Source of the DNA: a virus | Taxonomy: Duplodnaviria > Caudoviricetes | Direction: 5' to 3' (one strand) | IMG/VR virus record: IMGVR_UViG_3300027852_000046 | Location: 1-52,827 of that record | Length of the DNA stretch: 52,827 nt | Shown: positions 6,345 through 14,438 of the stretch, piece by piece | How the letters are laid out: each line of letters begins with the position of its first letter | Numbering within the stretch: the stretch's first letter is position 1 | Notes under the pieces: generated by a model | The model's database searches: none | Seen by the model: the letters and a program-made list of their open reading frames with translations, nothing else | What the model was told of the DNA's origin: nothing | Made by a program: the position numbers and the translations under genes

Positions 6345-6557
6345 TCATTCATATTTATTAATTAGGTCAGCACACTTTACCGCGCCTCTCGTAACCTTCT
6401 GAATTTCAACCGCGATACATAACCCAGCTTGTCTATGCCCTGTGCATAATTTACTAATATATGACGGTGATGTTTTAACGTTACCTGACTTCCTTAATTT
6501 ATCAGAGAATTCAGCGTTAGTTATATTTTTCTTTATTAGATATTCTTTTAACTTCAT
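6345..6557 (-). CDS. Cro/XRE-like HTH regulator (paralogue of 2536-2751)
   Basis: YISKLCTGHRQAGLCIAVEI versus YVSQLATGHRTAGLCIAIRI. Confidence 0.8.
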   Translation of the reverse strand: MKLKEYLIKKNITNAEFSDKLRKSGNVKTSPSYISKLCTGHRQAGLCIAVEIQKVTRGAVKCADLINKYE

Positions 6558-6566
6558 TTTGCATCC

Positions 6567-6725
6567 CTATTTCTTATTGAAGTCGTCATCGCCAAAATAC
6601 ATCCAGCACCTATCACATAAGCCGTCATGGTTTGCACTAGCGTCATGTTCTCCGCATTCTTTGCATATTGAGCCTTTAAGGACAACTATAAGCAATATCA
6701 CCAAGAATATTAGTAAGTACCACAT
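6567..6725 (-). CDS. Small membrane-anchored Cys-rich protein, 52 aa
   Basis: Hand-translated: MWYLLIFLVILLIVVLKGSICKECG...CDRC; AGGAG RBS. Confidence 0.6.
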   Translation of the reverse strand: MWYLLIFLVILLIVVLKGSICKECGEHDASANHDGLCDRCWMYFGDDDFNKK

Positions 6726-6747
6726 ATCCTTTCTCCTGTTATTGATT

Positions 6748-6987
6748 TGTTCCGCTTATTACGCTGTTAGCTGGAACTCCAGCCGTTATCTTTAGAGCAA
6801 GCCTCGACTCTCTCAAAACGTCGGTCCTTATAGTTCTTGTTTAATGAATCGCTTAATTTATCCATTGCTTCTAACTCGACGTGCATAAGAGCAACCCGCA
6901 TATCTTCATTACTTGCTGTTTTATACCAGTCGTCTTTCATTATTTTTTCTATATTCATACTAGCCTCCCAGCTAACAAGTTTTTCAA
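6748..6987 (+). mobile_element. Cassette array C: attI-like site (6748-6766), 1 cassette and a half attC
   Basis: Motif followed by TTAGCT, then AGCTAACAAGTTTTTCAA at 6970-6987. Confidence 0.75.
6767..6958 (-). CDS. Cassette hypothetical protein
   Basis: GGAGG RBS; first 31 aa identical to 7637-7957. Confidence 0.75.
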   Translation of the reverse strand: MNIEKIMKDDWYKTASNEDMRVALMHVELEAMDKLSDSLNKNYKDRRFERVEACSKDNGWSSS

Positions 6988-6996
6988 CATGATCTC

Positions 6997-7025
6997 ATTG
7001 TAACTAGCATTTGCTATTATGTCAA
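6997..7025 (-). promoter_or_regulatory. Leftward early sigma70 promoter
   Basis: TTGACA-17 bp-TACAAT on the - strand. Confidence 0.8.
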
Positions 7026-7106
7026 ACAATAAAAAAAGGCTTAGCCAAAAAACCATCACTTGAAACGTGGAGTTGATAATGACCAAGCCTTAGTTTATAC
7101 TGCAAT

Positions 7107-7138
7107 CTAATCAGCGGGAGGCTAACCCCGCTGATTAG
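7107..7138. repeat. Perfect 12-bp inverted repeat
   Basis: CTAATCAGCGGG-8 nt-CCCGCTGATTAG. Confidence 0.8.
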
Positions 7139-7546
7139 TTAATTGAGGTGTTAGAGGACCTGCAATTAAGTTGAATGTATTTTAATTCAATCCACCCCTA
7201 AAGGTCAAACCCTAAATAAGTGTTTAGATATCTTGACTGAATTACTCAAAGATCATGCTGAAGAGCTTTAACCTTAAAAAGTTTGTGTAACTGGGGGCTA
7301 GGCTGACCCAACGCTTTAGCAAGCGACCGAAACGTCCGTTATGTGATTTTGCTGTACGGGTACGATGCTTACCATTTAGTCTACGATCACAAGTAGGCGA
7401 AAAGCAGGACGTAATTAGTTGCACATTCAAAACCAATAGCTAGTTGGCATAAGCAATATGATGAAAGGTTTAATATATATTTATATATCACAAATCGGTC
7501 TAAATGATAGTTATTGCCTAAAACAAATAAACAAAGTTAAATTAAT

Positions 7547-7587
7547 ATAGCAAAAGCTATTGACATACTATTCATCCTTGCTAAGAT
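7547..7587 (+). promoter_or_regulatory. Rightward early promoter with adjacent palindromic operator
   Basis: ATAGC-AAAA-GCTAT (7547-7560) abutting TTGACA-16 bp-TAAGAT (7560-7587). Confidence 0.7.
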
Positions 7588-7636
7588 AGAGCCATATCAA
7601 AGCAAGATTGAAAGACTTGTTAGCTGGGAGGCTATT

Positions 7637-7957
7637 ATGAATATAGAAAAAATAATGAAAGACGACTGGTACAAAACAGCAAGCAATGAAGATATGCGGG
7701 TTGCTCTTATGCACGTCGAGCTAGAAGCGATTGACGCATTAAATAACTCGTCAAATCAAAACTATAAGGATAGGCGTAGCGAGCGTGTTGAGGAATGCTC
7801 TAAAGAGATAGGGGCGGATGGGGTTGCTAGCAGGGTTGCTCGAATGAATGAGCAGGCTCAGAGTGAATCTAAAATATTAGCAGGTGTGATAATGACAGAC
7901 TATAGCGCCGCAGAAATGAACAGTGATATTGTCGTGACTAAGACCGACAACACATAA
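7637..7957 (+). CDS. Cassette hypothetical protein (probable chimera)
   Basis: N-terminal half matches 6767-6958; flanking cores do not match each other. Confidence 0.75.
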   Translation: MNIEKIMKDDWYKTASNEDMRVALMHVELEAIDALNNSSNQNYKDRRSERVEECSKEIGADGVASRVARMNEQAQSESKILAGVIMTDYSAAEMNSDIVVTKTDNT

Positions 7958-8036
7958 CGCATTAATTCAGTGGCGGCATGACCAACCTAAAACAAGGCGC
8001 AAACAGTGAGCCGTCCACTGCAATGCCTTGTTATGT
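7952..8036 (-). other. attC-like site
   Basis: ACATAACGC..CAGTGGCGGC..GCCGTCCACTG..TTGTTATGT. Confidence 0.85.
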
Positions 8037-8131
8037 TGCGGAGGAAAGCAGAATACTTAAAGCGTGGGCTACCATGTGAACCCTGAGCAGGTAGCATCTG
8101 TCCCAGAAAGGTGGGGATGTAAGCCCCACCA

Positions 8132-8192
8132 CCTATTCTCGCCTGATGAGCGTTAGGCGAAACCGCTAGCAGTAGCGGTAGCGCGGAGTGGG
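8132..8192 (+). ncRNA. Hammerhead ribozyme-like element (type I topology) in a non-coding cassette
   Basis: CTGATGA (8143-8149), 2-bp stem II, GAAA (8159-8162), stem III ACCGCTA/TAGCGGT, GUA triplet ending at 8180, stem I 8132-8142/8181-8192. Confidence 0.7.
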
Positions 8193-8246
8193 CACAGCTG
8201 GGGAATAACTGTCCACCAGGGGTTCACGCTTTAAGTGTTTTGAGCA

Positions 8247-8375
8247 ATATAACGCTTTAGTTGTACAGCCTGCGGGAATTAAACAAAGGAGCTATAAAAA
8301 TGCAAGAAGATACGCGAACCAATGAAACTGAAAGCGGCACGGAAGTAGCAGGTCAGGACGAACGACTTGTTATAC
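8247..8375 (-). other. attC-like site, leader-encoding family
   Basis: ATATAAC...GTTATAC; leader ORF 8300-8395 ends in an ATGA overlap with the MTase start. Confidence 0.85.
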
Positions 8376-8391
8376 GAATTAGGGCGACAAC

Positions 8392-8985
8392 ATGAAAATA
8401 TTAGTTGCATGTGAATACAGCGGGAAAGTGAGGGATTCCTTTAATAAGGCAGGCCATGATGCAATAAGCTGTGATTTATTGCCAACAGACGCGCCTGGTA
8501 ATCACTACCAAGGTGATGTTTTTGATATTATAAATGATGGGTTTGATCTTATGGTTGCCCATCCTCCATGCACATATCTAACAAATGCCGGAGTCTCGCA
8601 TCTTCATAAAGACGCAAAACGATGGTTAGATTTGTTTGAAGGGGCGGACTTTTTCAAGAAGCTGTTAAATGCGGATATCCCGAAAATAGCGATTGAAAAC
8701 CCGATAATGCACAAATACGGGAAACGTTTAATAGGTGATATTAAACAGAGCCAGGTTGTGCAGCCCTGGATGTTTGGGCATACAGAGCAGAAAGCGACTT
8801 GCCTCTGGTTGAAAGGACTACCTAAATTAACAGAGACAAGAAATGTTAAGGAGGAAATGATGCTTTTACCAAAAAACAAACGGGAACGACTCCATTATTT
8901 GCCCCCATCTAAAGACAGATGGAAGTTAAGAAGTGAAACGTACCAAGGGCTTGCCGATGCAATGGCTTCGCAGTGGGGCGTATAA
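8392..8985 (+). CDS. Cassette-borne phage DNA cytosine methyltransferase-like protein
   Basis: MKILVACEYSG, AHPPCTYL (PC catalytic motif) and IENP. Confidence 0.8.
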   Translation: MKILVACEYSGKVRDSFNKAGHDAISCDLLPTDAPGNHYQGDVFDIINDGFDLMVAHPPCTYLTNAGVSHLHKDAKRWLDLFEGADFFKKLLNADIPKIAIENPIMHKYGKRLIGDIKQSQVVQPWMFGHTEQKATCLWLKGLPKLTETRNVKEEMMLLPKNKRERLHYLPPSKDRWKLRSETYQGLADAMASQWGV

Positions 8986-9030
8986 CAGCGCAATAAGCGG
9001 AACAAACACAATTAACGAAGGAGTAATAAC

Positions 9031-9657
9031 ATGATTGACTTAACAAAATACTTACTTAAAGAGCTACAAAATAAGATTAAAAAGACTGTTGGTGGTGACG
9101 ATGTAGAAATCTATGCAATACATAAAGATCAAGAATATCCAATATTAGGGTCACGTTTAGATGGTGGTCAGCGAATTCCTGATAGCTGGAAAAATACTGG
9201 TGAATATATAAGAGATAATAAATACAATCTATGTCTATCAGCCTTCACGCCAGAAATAGACTATAACCAATTGCCTGTTGATACGCTTATAGAAGTTGAA
9301 GGCTTAGGGAAGAGATATACTGCGTGCTGGCCTCTAGATGATAGTAATTTAGTCAGATTCTATGATGAGGGAAGCGACAGCAACACAGGATCTATTTACA
9401 TAAGCATAAACAAGAAAAAATGCAAACTAATAACTAACTCACGTAAAGGCTGGTTCGGAGGTGAAGTCGGTATTCCTGACGGGGTTAAATTGAGAGTATG
9501 GGAAGTAAATACAAATGGAAGCGCTTTAATAAGCACTAATTACATCGCAATTATGCAGGGCTATCTCAGGGATATTTTTGACTCAAGTGGAGGCGGTTTA
9601 GGAATAACAAGCTACCAAATACTAGGTGAAGATTATAAAGAAGGAGATGAATTATGA
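9031..9657 (+). CDS. Hypothetical protein
   Basis: 208-aa ORF with AAGGAG RBS. Confidence 0.7.
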   Translation: MIDLTKYLLKELQNKIKKTVGGDDVEIYAIHKDQEYPILGSRLDGGQRIPDSWKNTGEYIRDNKYNLCLSAFTPEIDYNQLPVDTLIEVEGLGKRYTACWPLDDSNLVRFYDEGSDSNTGSIYISINKKKCKLITNSRKGWFGGEVGIPDGVKLRVWEVNTNGSALISTNYIAIMQGYLRDIFDSSGGGLGITSYQILGEDYKEGDEL

Positions 9658-9778
9658 TAGACCAAAGAAGAAATTGCGAACAAAGAGACATTAGAAAAAT
9701 GCGAACCTTAGAGCTTGCTCTTTACTCGGTATTAGCTATTAGCACCTTGGCTATCACTCACACTATTTACGCAGCGCT

Positions 9779-10120
9779 ATGAGTCAAGTGCAAGGTATGC
9801 CGTGCCATATAACTGAAATGGGTGACGAGTTTGATAATCATAATTCTGTTGAGATTGATGCTGATAAAGAAATCTCAATTATCAAAGAGGCTTTGTTAAA
9901 CGGTGATAGATTCAACACTTACGGCAATCACATTGTTGACTTTAGTAACGTCGTAGATGATGAACTTTGCTGTAATGCTGAATTTGGCAATGCTTTGAGG
10001 AAGCTAATGATAGGTGACAAAGATCAGGCCGTTAACGAATTAAGAATGATAGTTAACAAAGAAGCTGGAAAATTAGCTGAGTTGATTCACATGGAAAGAG
10101 AGGCTGCTAAAGATGAATAA
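9779..10120 (+). CDS. Hypothetical protein
   Basis: ORF within the operon. Confidence 0.65.
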   Translation: MSQVQGMPCHITEMGDEFDNHNSVEIDADKEISIIKEALLNGDRFNTYGNHIVDFSNVVDDELCCNAEFGNALRKLMIGDKDQAVNELRMIVNKEAGKLAELIHMEREAAKDE

Positions 10121-10355
10121 AACAATCGATATATCTTACGATGAATCATTTGGTGAAGAAACATTTGAGTTGACTTACTCAATCAAAGAAATAGGCGATG
10201 AACAGCCATTAATTGAGATAGTTATGCTTAAAGACGATCAGGGACATGATGTAACGAGTGATGTAGTTAACCCATGCTTAGATAATGATTTACGTCAGTG
10301 CTGTATAAGGCATGCTATTGAGCATGAAGAAATATTAAACGGAGAAATAAAATGA
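10113..10355 (+). CDS. Hypothetical protein
   Basis: ORF overlapping its neighbours. Confidence 0.65.
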   Translation: MNKTIDISYDESFGEETFELTYSIKEIGDEQPLIEIVMLKDDQGHDVTSDVVNPCLDNDLRQCCIRHAIEHEEILNGEIK

Positions 10356-10852
10356 CCGAGAAAACACACTACAGAAAAGCTTTTAACTCGCCTTATTTAT
10401 CTAGCGCTGATATTGTGGGGCCAACTATCCTCACTATTTCAAGTGTTAGCTTAGAGCCTGACGAAACAAAGAAAACAAAGGATTTATTTAATACCGCGCA
10501 TTTCAAAGAGCAGTACATCCGTGAAGGCGAAAAACTTAAACCAATGATATTGAACGCGCACAACTCAAAGATAATGAAAGACCTTGCAGGCTCTCATTTT
10601 ATTGATGATTGGGTGAATATCCCTGTAACGATATATGTTGACAGTAACGTGCGATTCGGTAGGGACACTGTAGAAGGGTTAAGGATAAGCCCACAAAAAC
10701 CAGTTACAACAAAGCCTGAGCTAACACCAGCTAACAAAACAGCTTGGGCTAATGCTGTAGCAGCCTTTAAACGTGATGGAAGCTTAGACGCAGTATTAAA
10801 ACGCATGAGCATATCTGAAGAAAACCAAGCAGCTATTAAGGAATCTGAGTGA
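10352..10852 (+). CDS. Probable recombination/ssDNA-annealing partner of the exonuclease
   Basis: Coupled to the YqaJ gene; function inferred from position only. Confidence 0.45.
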   Translation: MTEKTHYRKAFNSPYLSSADIVGPTILTISSVSLEPDETKKTKDLFNTAHFKEQYIREGEKLKPMILNAHNSKIMKDLAGSHFIDDWVNIPVTIYVDSNVRFGRDTVEGLRISPQKPVTTKPELTPANKTAWANAVAAFKRDGSLDAVLKRMSISEENQAAIKESE

Positions 10853-11484
10853 TTTTTACATTCCATGATGTTGAGCAGAATACCGATGAATGGTACCACC
10901 TACGAGGTGGTAAATTCACCAGCTCTAACGCTGGTAAAGTGATGGCTAATCTTGGTAAAGCGTTTGGTGAGCCTGCCAAGAAATACGCAGTTAATATCGC
11001 CATTGAACAGATAACAGGTAAGCCAATTTCCAGCGATTATACTAATGCCCACATGGATCGAGGCCATGAGCAAGAACCTGTGGCCAGAGCATTATATGAA
11101 GATAGAATTTTCGGTGATGTTGATAACGGTGGTTTTTTCGGTTCTGATTTTATCGGCTGTTCACCTGACGGGCTTGTGTATTCTTATGGTGTCATCGAGA
11201 TAAAATCAGTTATAGCATCCGTTCACTTTAACAACATTAAAAGAGGCACGGTTGATCCTGCTTATAAATGGCAATGTATCTGCAACTTATTGTTCACTGG
11301 TAGGGACTGGATTGATTTTGTTAGTTATTGTTCGGAGTTTCCACTAGATAATCAGCTTTACATTTACAGGATGAATAAAGAAGATTATCAAGAAGAGTTT
11401 AAGCAGGTAAATGATAGGCTTGATGAATTTAAAGAGTTAGTAGATTTAACTAGGCTAACAATCATAAATAGCAAGGCAATATAA
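10849..11484 (+). CDS. YqaJ/lambda-exonuclease family protein
   Basis: EQNTDEWYHLRGGKFTSS, MDRGHEQEP, CSPDGL and IEIK motifs. Confidence 0.9.
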   Translation: MIFTFHDVEQNTDEWYHLRGGKFTSSNAGKVMANLGKAFGEPAKKYAVNIAIEQITGKPISSDYTNAHMDRGHEQEPVARALYEDRIFGDVDNGGFFGSDFIGCSPDGLVYSYGVIEIKSVIASVHFNNIKRGTVDPAYKWQCICNLLFTGRDWIDFVSYCSEFPLDNQLYIYRMNKEDYQEEFKQVNDRLDEFKELVDLTRLTIINSKAI

Positions 11485-11949
11485 ATGAATAGTAAATGTG
11501 GATGGTGTGACGGGCAAGCAAGAAAAGATAGTAAATATTGCTCCGATGAATGTAAGGCGCTATCAAAAGCACAATTAAGAAAAGAAGCTGCTAATGATAA
11601 ATATGGTGAAGGTTGGGATGATGACCGACCATGCGCCTCGGAAGGATGCGACAAACTCATAACAATGGAAGGAAGAGATGGTATTGCTCCTTCTGCTTAT
11701 ATTAGGATTCAATATCACTCAGCTTCGTGCGCTCAAAAGAGTATCGCCAAGATCAAGAAACTAGGCATTAAGAATCTTGACGGATTAAACAAAGACATCA
11801 AAAAGTCGATGTTTAATCTACGTGAAAAGAGTGCTAAAGCTGCTGCTGAAGAAAGAGCAGAGCGGATAGCTTTCACCAGAAGCCCCGCTAACTTTACTAA
11901 TTTACCGCCTGAAGAAATGATTGTTTTTAAAGCGCTGAAGGCAAAATGA
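11485..11949 (+). CDS. Cys-rich hypothetical protein
   Basis: CGWC...YCSDEC. Confidence 0.65.
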   Translation: MNSKCGWCDGQARKDSKYCSDECKALSKAQLRKEAANDKYGEGWDDDRPCASEGCDKLITMEGRDGIAPSAYIRIQYHSASCAQKSIAKIKKLGIKNLDGLNKDIKKSMFNLREKSAKAAAEERAERIAFTRSPANFTNLPPEEMIVFKALKAK

Positions 11950-12024
11950 TTTGGTGATATTGGGAATATAGTTAGTTAATGGCTCAATTTGGGCGACTTG
12001 TTATAACTTTTATTAGGAATTGAT

Positions 12025-12213
12025 ATGAATTTGAACCCTTGGCAGGAAAAACCTTTGTCGGAATGGGCTATTTGCGGAATGAATCACTACCATGTGGGCG
12101 GTGAAAGATTTCTTTTTGTTTCGATGGTAAAAGATGGAAAGTGTATTACTGAGGAGGGAAAAGATGACGAACATCTTTGGAGCAGAATACGAATCAAGGC
12201 TACTGAGTTATAA
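12025..12213 (+). CDS. Cassette hypothetical protein
   Basis: Bounded by GTTATAACT and AGTTATAAC. Confidence 0.7.
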   Translation: MNLNPWQEKPLSEWAICGMNHYHVGGERFLFVSMVKDGKCITEEGKDDEHLWSRIRIKATEL

Positions 12214-12271
12214 CGCTTTAGTTAAAGAGGCGGGTGTTTTTACCCGCTCTATTTTAAACGCCTTGTTATAT
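12208..12271 (-). other. attC-like site
   Basis: TTATAAC..GCGGGT..ACCCGC..GTTATAT. Confidence 0.85.
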
Positions 12272-12285
12272 TTTGGAGGTTGAGA

Positions 12286-12552
12286 ATGAAATACAGAAGA
12301 CCAAAGGTGACTGAAGGCCAGATAAAAATGCAAAGAGGACGTATAGATGGAGAAACTGATATGTGCATTTTTTTTGGTGACGACGTTCCGCGATGTGACA
12401 GAGCACTAGTTATGAGTGCGATTTGCTCAGAAAGGCAATACACCGACTTTTCTACAATGAAGCCTCGTTTTGATCCATCGCTAATAGATGAGCTTGAGAA
12501 CAGAGGTTATGACATTGACACGTTACGATTTTCTATTGATCGAAAAATATAA
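12286..12552 (+). CDS. Cassette hypothetical protein
   Basis: GGAGG RBS; SLIDELENRGYDIDTLRFSIDRK C-terminus. Confidence 0.7.
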   Translation: MKYRRPKVTEGQIKMQRGRIDGETDMCIFFGDDVPRCDRALVMSAICSERQYTDFSTMKPRFDPSLIDELENRGYDIDTLRFSIDRKI

Positions 12553-12628
12553 CGCTCTAGCTAACCAGTGAGGAGCGAAATGAGCAAAGCGAATGAAGAG
12601 ACGAGTCAGGTTGGGCGCCTTGTTATAC
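12547..12628 (-). other. attC-like site, 82-bp leader-encoding family
   Basis: Near-identical to 3295-3376; leader ORF 12580-12648. Confidence 0.85.
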
Positions 12629-12650
12629 GAATTAAACACAGGAGATAAAG

Positions 12651-12902
12651 ATGATTACAAATGTTAAAAAGATTAGTGAACTTGACTTCGATTCAGTCGA
12701 CTTCGATTCAGGTGGCTGGGGATGGAGTTTTCGTGGTGGTCTGATAGCTGAAGATGGTCTATTTTCAATATTGACCATAGACGATGATGGTAATGAAATT
12801 AGATACGATATACCTAAGTGCATATGCGAAATACTGATGAAGCAATATGATGATGGCAGGATGGACGCTAAACGAAAAATATGTGAGGCACTTGGCGTAT
12901 AA
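12651..12902 (+). CDS. Cassette hypothetical protein
   Basis: Bounded by GTTATAC and GTATAAC. Confidence 0.7.
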   Translation: MITNVKKISELDFDSVDFDSGGWGWSFRGGLIAEDGLFSILTIDDDGNEIRYDIPKCICEILMKQYDDGRMDAKRKICEALGV

Positions 12903-12955
12903 CGCCCGATATTAAGCCGCCGAGGTACGAGGTCGGCTTGAATTTCTTGTTAGCT
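12897..12955 (-). other. attC-like site
   Basis: GTATAAC..TAAGCCGCC..GGTCGGCTTGA..GTTAGCT, 59 bp. Confidence 0.9.
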
Positions 12956-12968
12956 GTGGAGGCTGGGG

Positions 12969-13154
12969 ATGACAATGACATTAGATGGACAGACTTATGA
13001 GCAATGGCTTGCAACTTTGAAAATAAAAGCAGAAGAAAGCGGCCTTGAGTTAGAGTTGCAGCGGTTTCACTATAGGTCTTGGTTTTCACACGGCTATACG
13101 CCGGAAGCCGTTGTTGACGATATGCTAGAGACTATCGCCGGAAGCGACAGCTAA
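12969..13154 (+). CDS. Cassette hypothetical protein
   Basis: Bounded by GTTAGCTGT and ACAGCTAAC. Confidence 0.7.
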   Translation: MTMTLDGQTYEQWLATLKIKAEESGLELELQRFHYRSWFSHGYTPEAVVDDMLETIAGSDS

Positions 13155-13178
13155 CAGCGTAATAAGCGGAACATTTTG

Positions 13179-13772
13179 ATGGCGAATAGTAAGAAAGCAT
13201 GTAAATACTGCGGTGATTATAGGCCAGTAGACGAGCTAATGAGGTTCGGTAAGAGTTTATTTTGTGACATTGACCATGCAATGCTATGGCTAAAGGATAA
13301 GCAGCAGGCCGATAAAGAAAAAACGGTTAAGAAGGCCGCTAAAGAGGTTAAGCAGAAGAACGCAAAGCAGAAGCGTGAGTTTTACGACAATGATGTTAAG
13401 ACTAGGAAAGCAGCAGCAAAGGCGGCTTGTCATAAGTACATAAGAGAACGCGACAAGCTAAGCGGCTGTATATGCTGTGATAGGCAACTAGGCAATAAAT
13501 TTGATGCGGGGCACTTCTTAGAATCAGGGAATAACTCGTTTCTAAGGTATAATGAGGACAATATTCACGCTCAAAGCGTACATTGTAACCAGTATAAAGG
13601 CGGCGACTCAGGAGACTATGAAAGGAATCTACGACTGAAGATAGGTAATGATAGAGTGGATTATCTTTTAGCCAACAAAGGCGGCGTAGTTAAGCGCAAA
13701 GCAGAAGATTACAAAGAGATCGAAAATTATTACAAAGAAAGGCTAAAGAAATTGAGAAATGAGACAAGCTAG
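13179..13772 (+). CDS. ninG: NinG/Rap-like recombination endonuclease
   Basis: CKYC..FC..DHA, YIRERD, CICC, DAGHF and NIHAQ..HCN motifs. Confidence 0.85.
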   Translation: MANSKKACKYCGDYRPVDELMRFGKSLFCDIDHAMLWLKDKQQADKEKTVKKAAKEVKQKNAKQKREFYDNDVKTRKAAAKAACHKYIRERDKLSGCICCDRQLGNKFDAGHFLESGNNSFLRYNEDNIHAQSVHCNQYKGGDSGDYERNLRLKIGNDRVDYLLANKGGVVKRKAEDYKEIENYYKERLKKLRNETS

Positions 13773-14010
13773 AGCGTTACTACGAAAAGAAGCAGGTAGA
13801 TATAAAGCAGAGAAGCATATATGCGGATGCCAATACACGTTATTCGATAAATCTACGAGAGTAGGGTTAGTGATTCAAGGTGACAAAGTATGTGATTGGC
13901 CTTCAGGACATCCCGCTGTCTATATGCCTAGCAGAAACACAGTAATGAGTGGTGCTGCGCTTCAGATGTTCTATGATATGATAAGTTGCGCGAAACGACA
14001 GAAAGGATGA
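13759..14010 (+). CDS. Hypothetical protein
   Basis: ORF within the operon. Confidence 0.55.
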   Translation: MRQARALLRKEAGRYKAEKHICGCQYTLFDKSTRVGLVIQGDKVCDWPSGHPAVYMPSRNTVMSGAALQMFYDMISCAKRQKG

Positions 14011-14013
14011 TAA

Positions 14014-14391
14014 ATGACTTGGCTAACATTAGATCAAGCGGTTCAGAAGTTTTGGGAGCATAGAAAGTCCGGAGTTCATGTTTTTTATCACCCAGATAAA
14101 GACAGATTTAATATGGTTAGAGATAGCAGAAACGGGGAGTATGCTGCCTATCGGATAATGAAGGACTATAAATATTATCACGGCTTCAGAAAAGACATAA
14201 AGAAATGTAGTTTCAGGCGACAAGAAGAATTCTTATGGACACCTATTGCGATAGCCGATGACCTAGTTAGCATCCTAGAGAGCGAGATCAAAGTACACAG
14301 AAATACGATAACGAATGCGTGTATTATTGATGATAACTCTATTATCTCAAGGAAAGCTCAGTATGAGTATCGAACGGATAAGCCTCGATAG
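14014..14391 (+). CDS. Hypothetical protein
   Basis: ORF within the operon. Confidence 0.6.
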   Translation: MTWLTLDQAVQKFWEHRKSGVHVFYHPDKDRFNMVRDSRNGEYAAYRIMKDYKYYHGFRKDIKKCSFRRQEEFLWTPIAIADDLVSILESEIKVHRNTITNACIIDDNSIISRKAQYEYRTDKPR

Positions 14392-14438
14392 TTTAAGTAA
14401 GGTATTGAGTAAGCGGATCAGACAAAAGGAATTAATCA

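Larger units (their letters stand above)
7608..9004 (-). mobile_element. Cassette array D: 3 cassettes (genes on + strand), attI-like site at 8986-9004
   Basis: Half attC 7608-7625; attC 7952-8036 and 8247-8375; TAA|CAGCGCAATAAGCGGAACA. Confidence 0.85.
11988..13173 (-). mobile_element. Cassette array E: 4 cassettes, attI-like site at 13155-13173
   Basis: Half attC ending at 12006; attC sites at 12208, 12547 and 12897; TAA|CAGCGTAATAAGCGGAACA. Confidence 0.88.

Noticed and set aside
8105-8135. tRNA gene suggested by a T-arm-like hairpin
   Set aside because: No TTC loop, anticodon arm or acceptor stem; treated as part of the structured RNA cassette
9031-11949. A hidden integron integrase among the early hypothetical genes
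   Set aside because: No ORF shows the tyrosine-recombinase R..HxxR..H/W..Y pattern or a suitable size; a profile search is still needed to exclude a remote homologue
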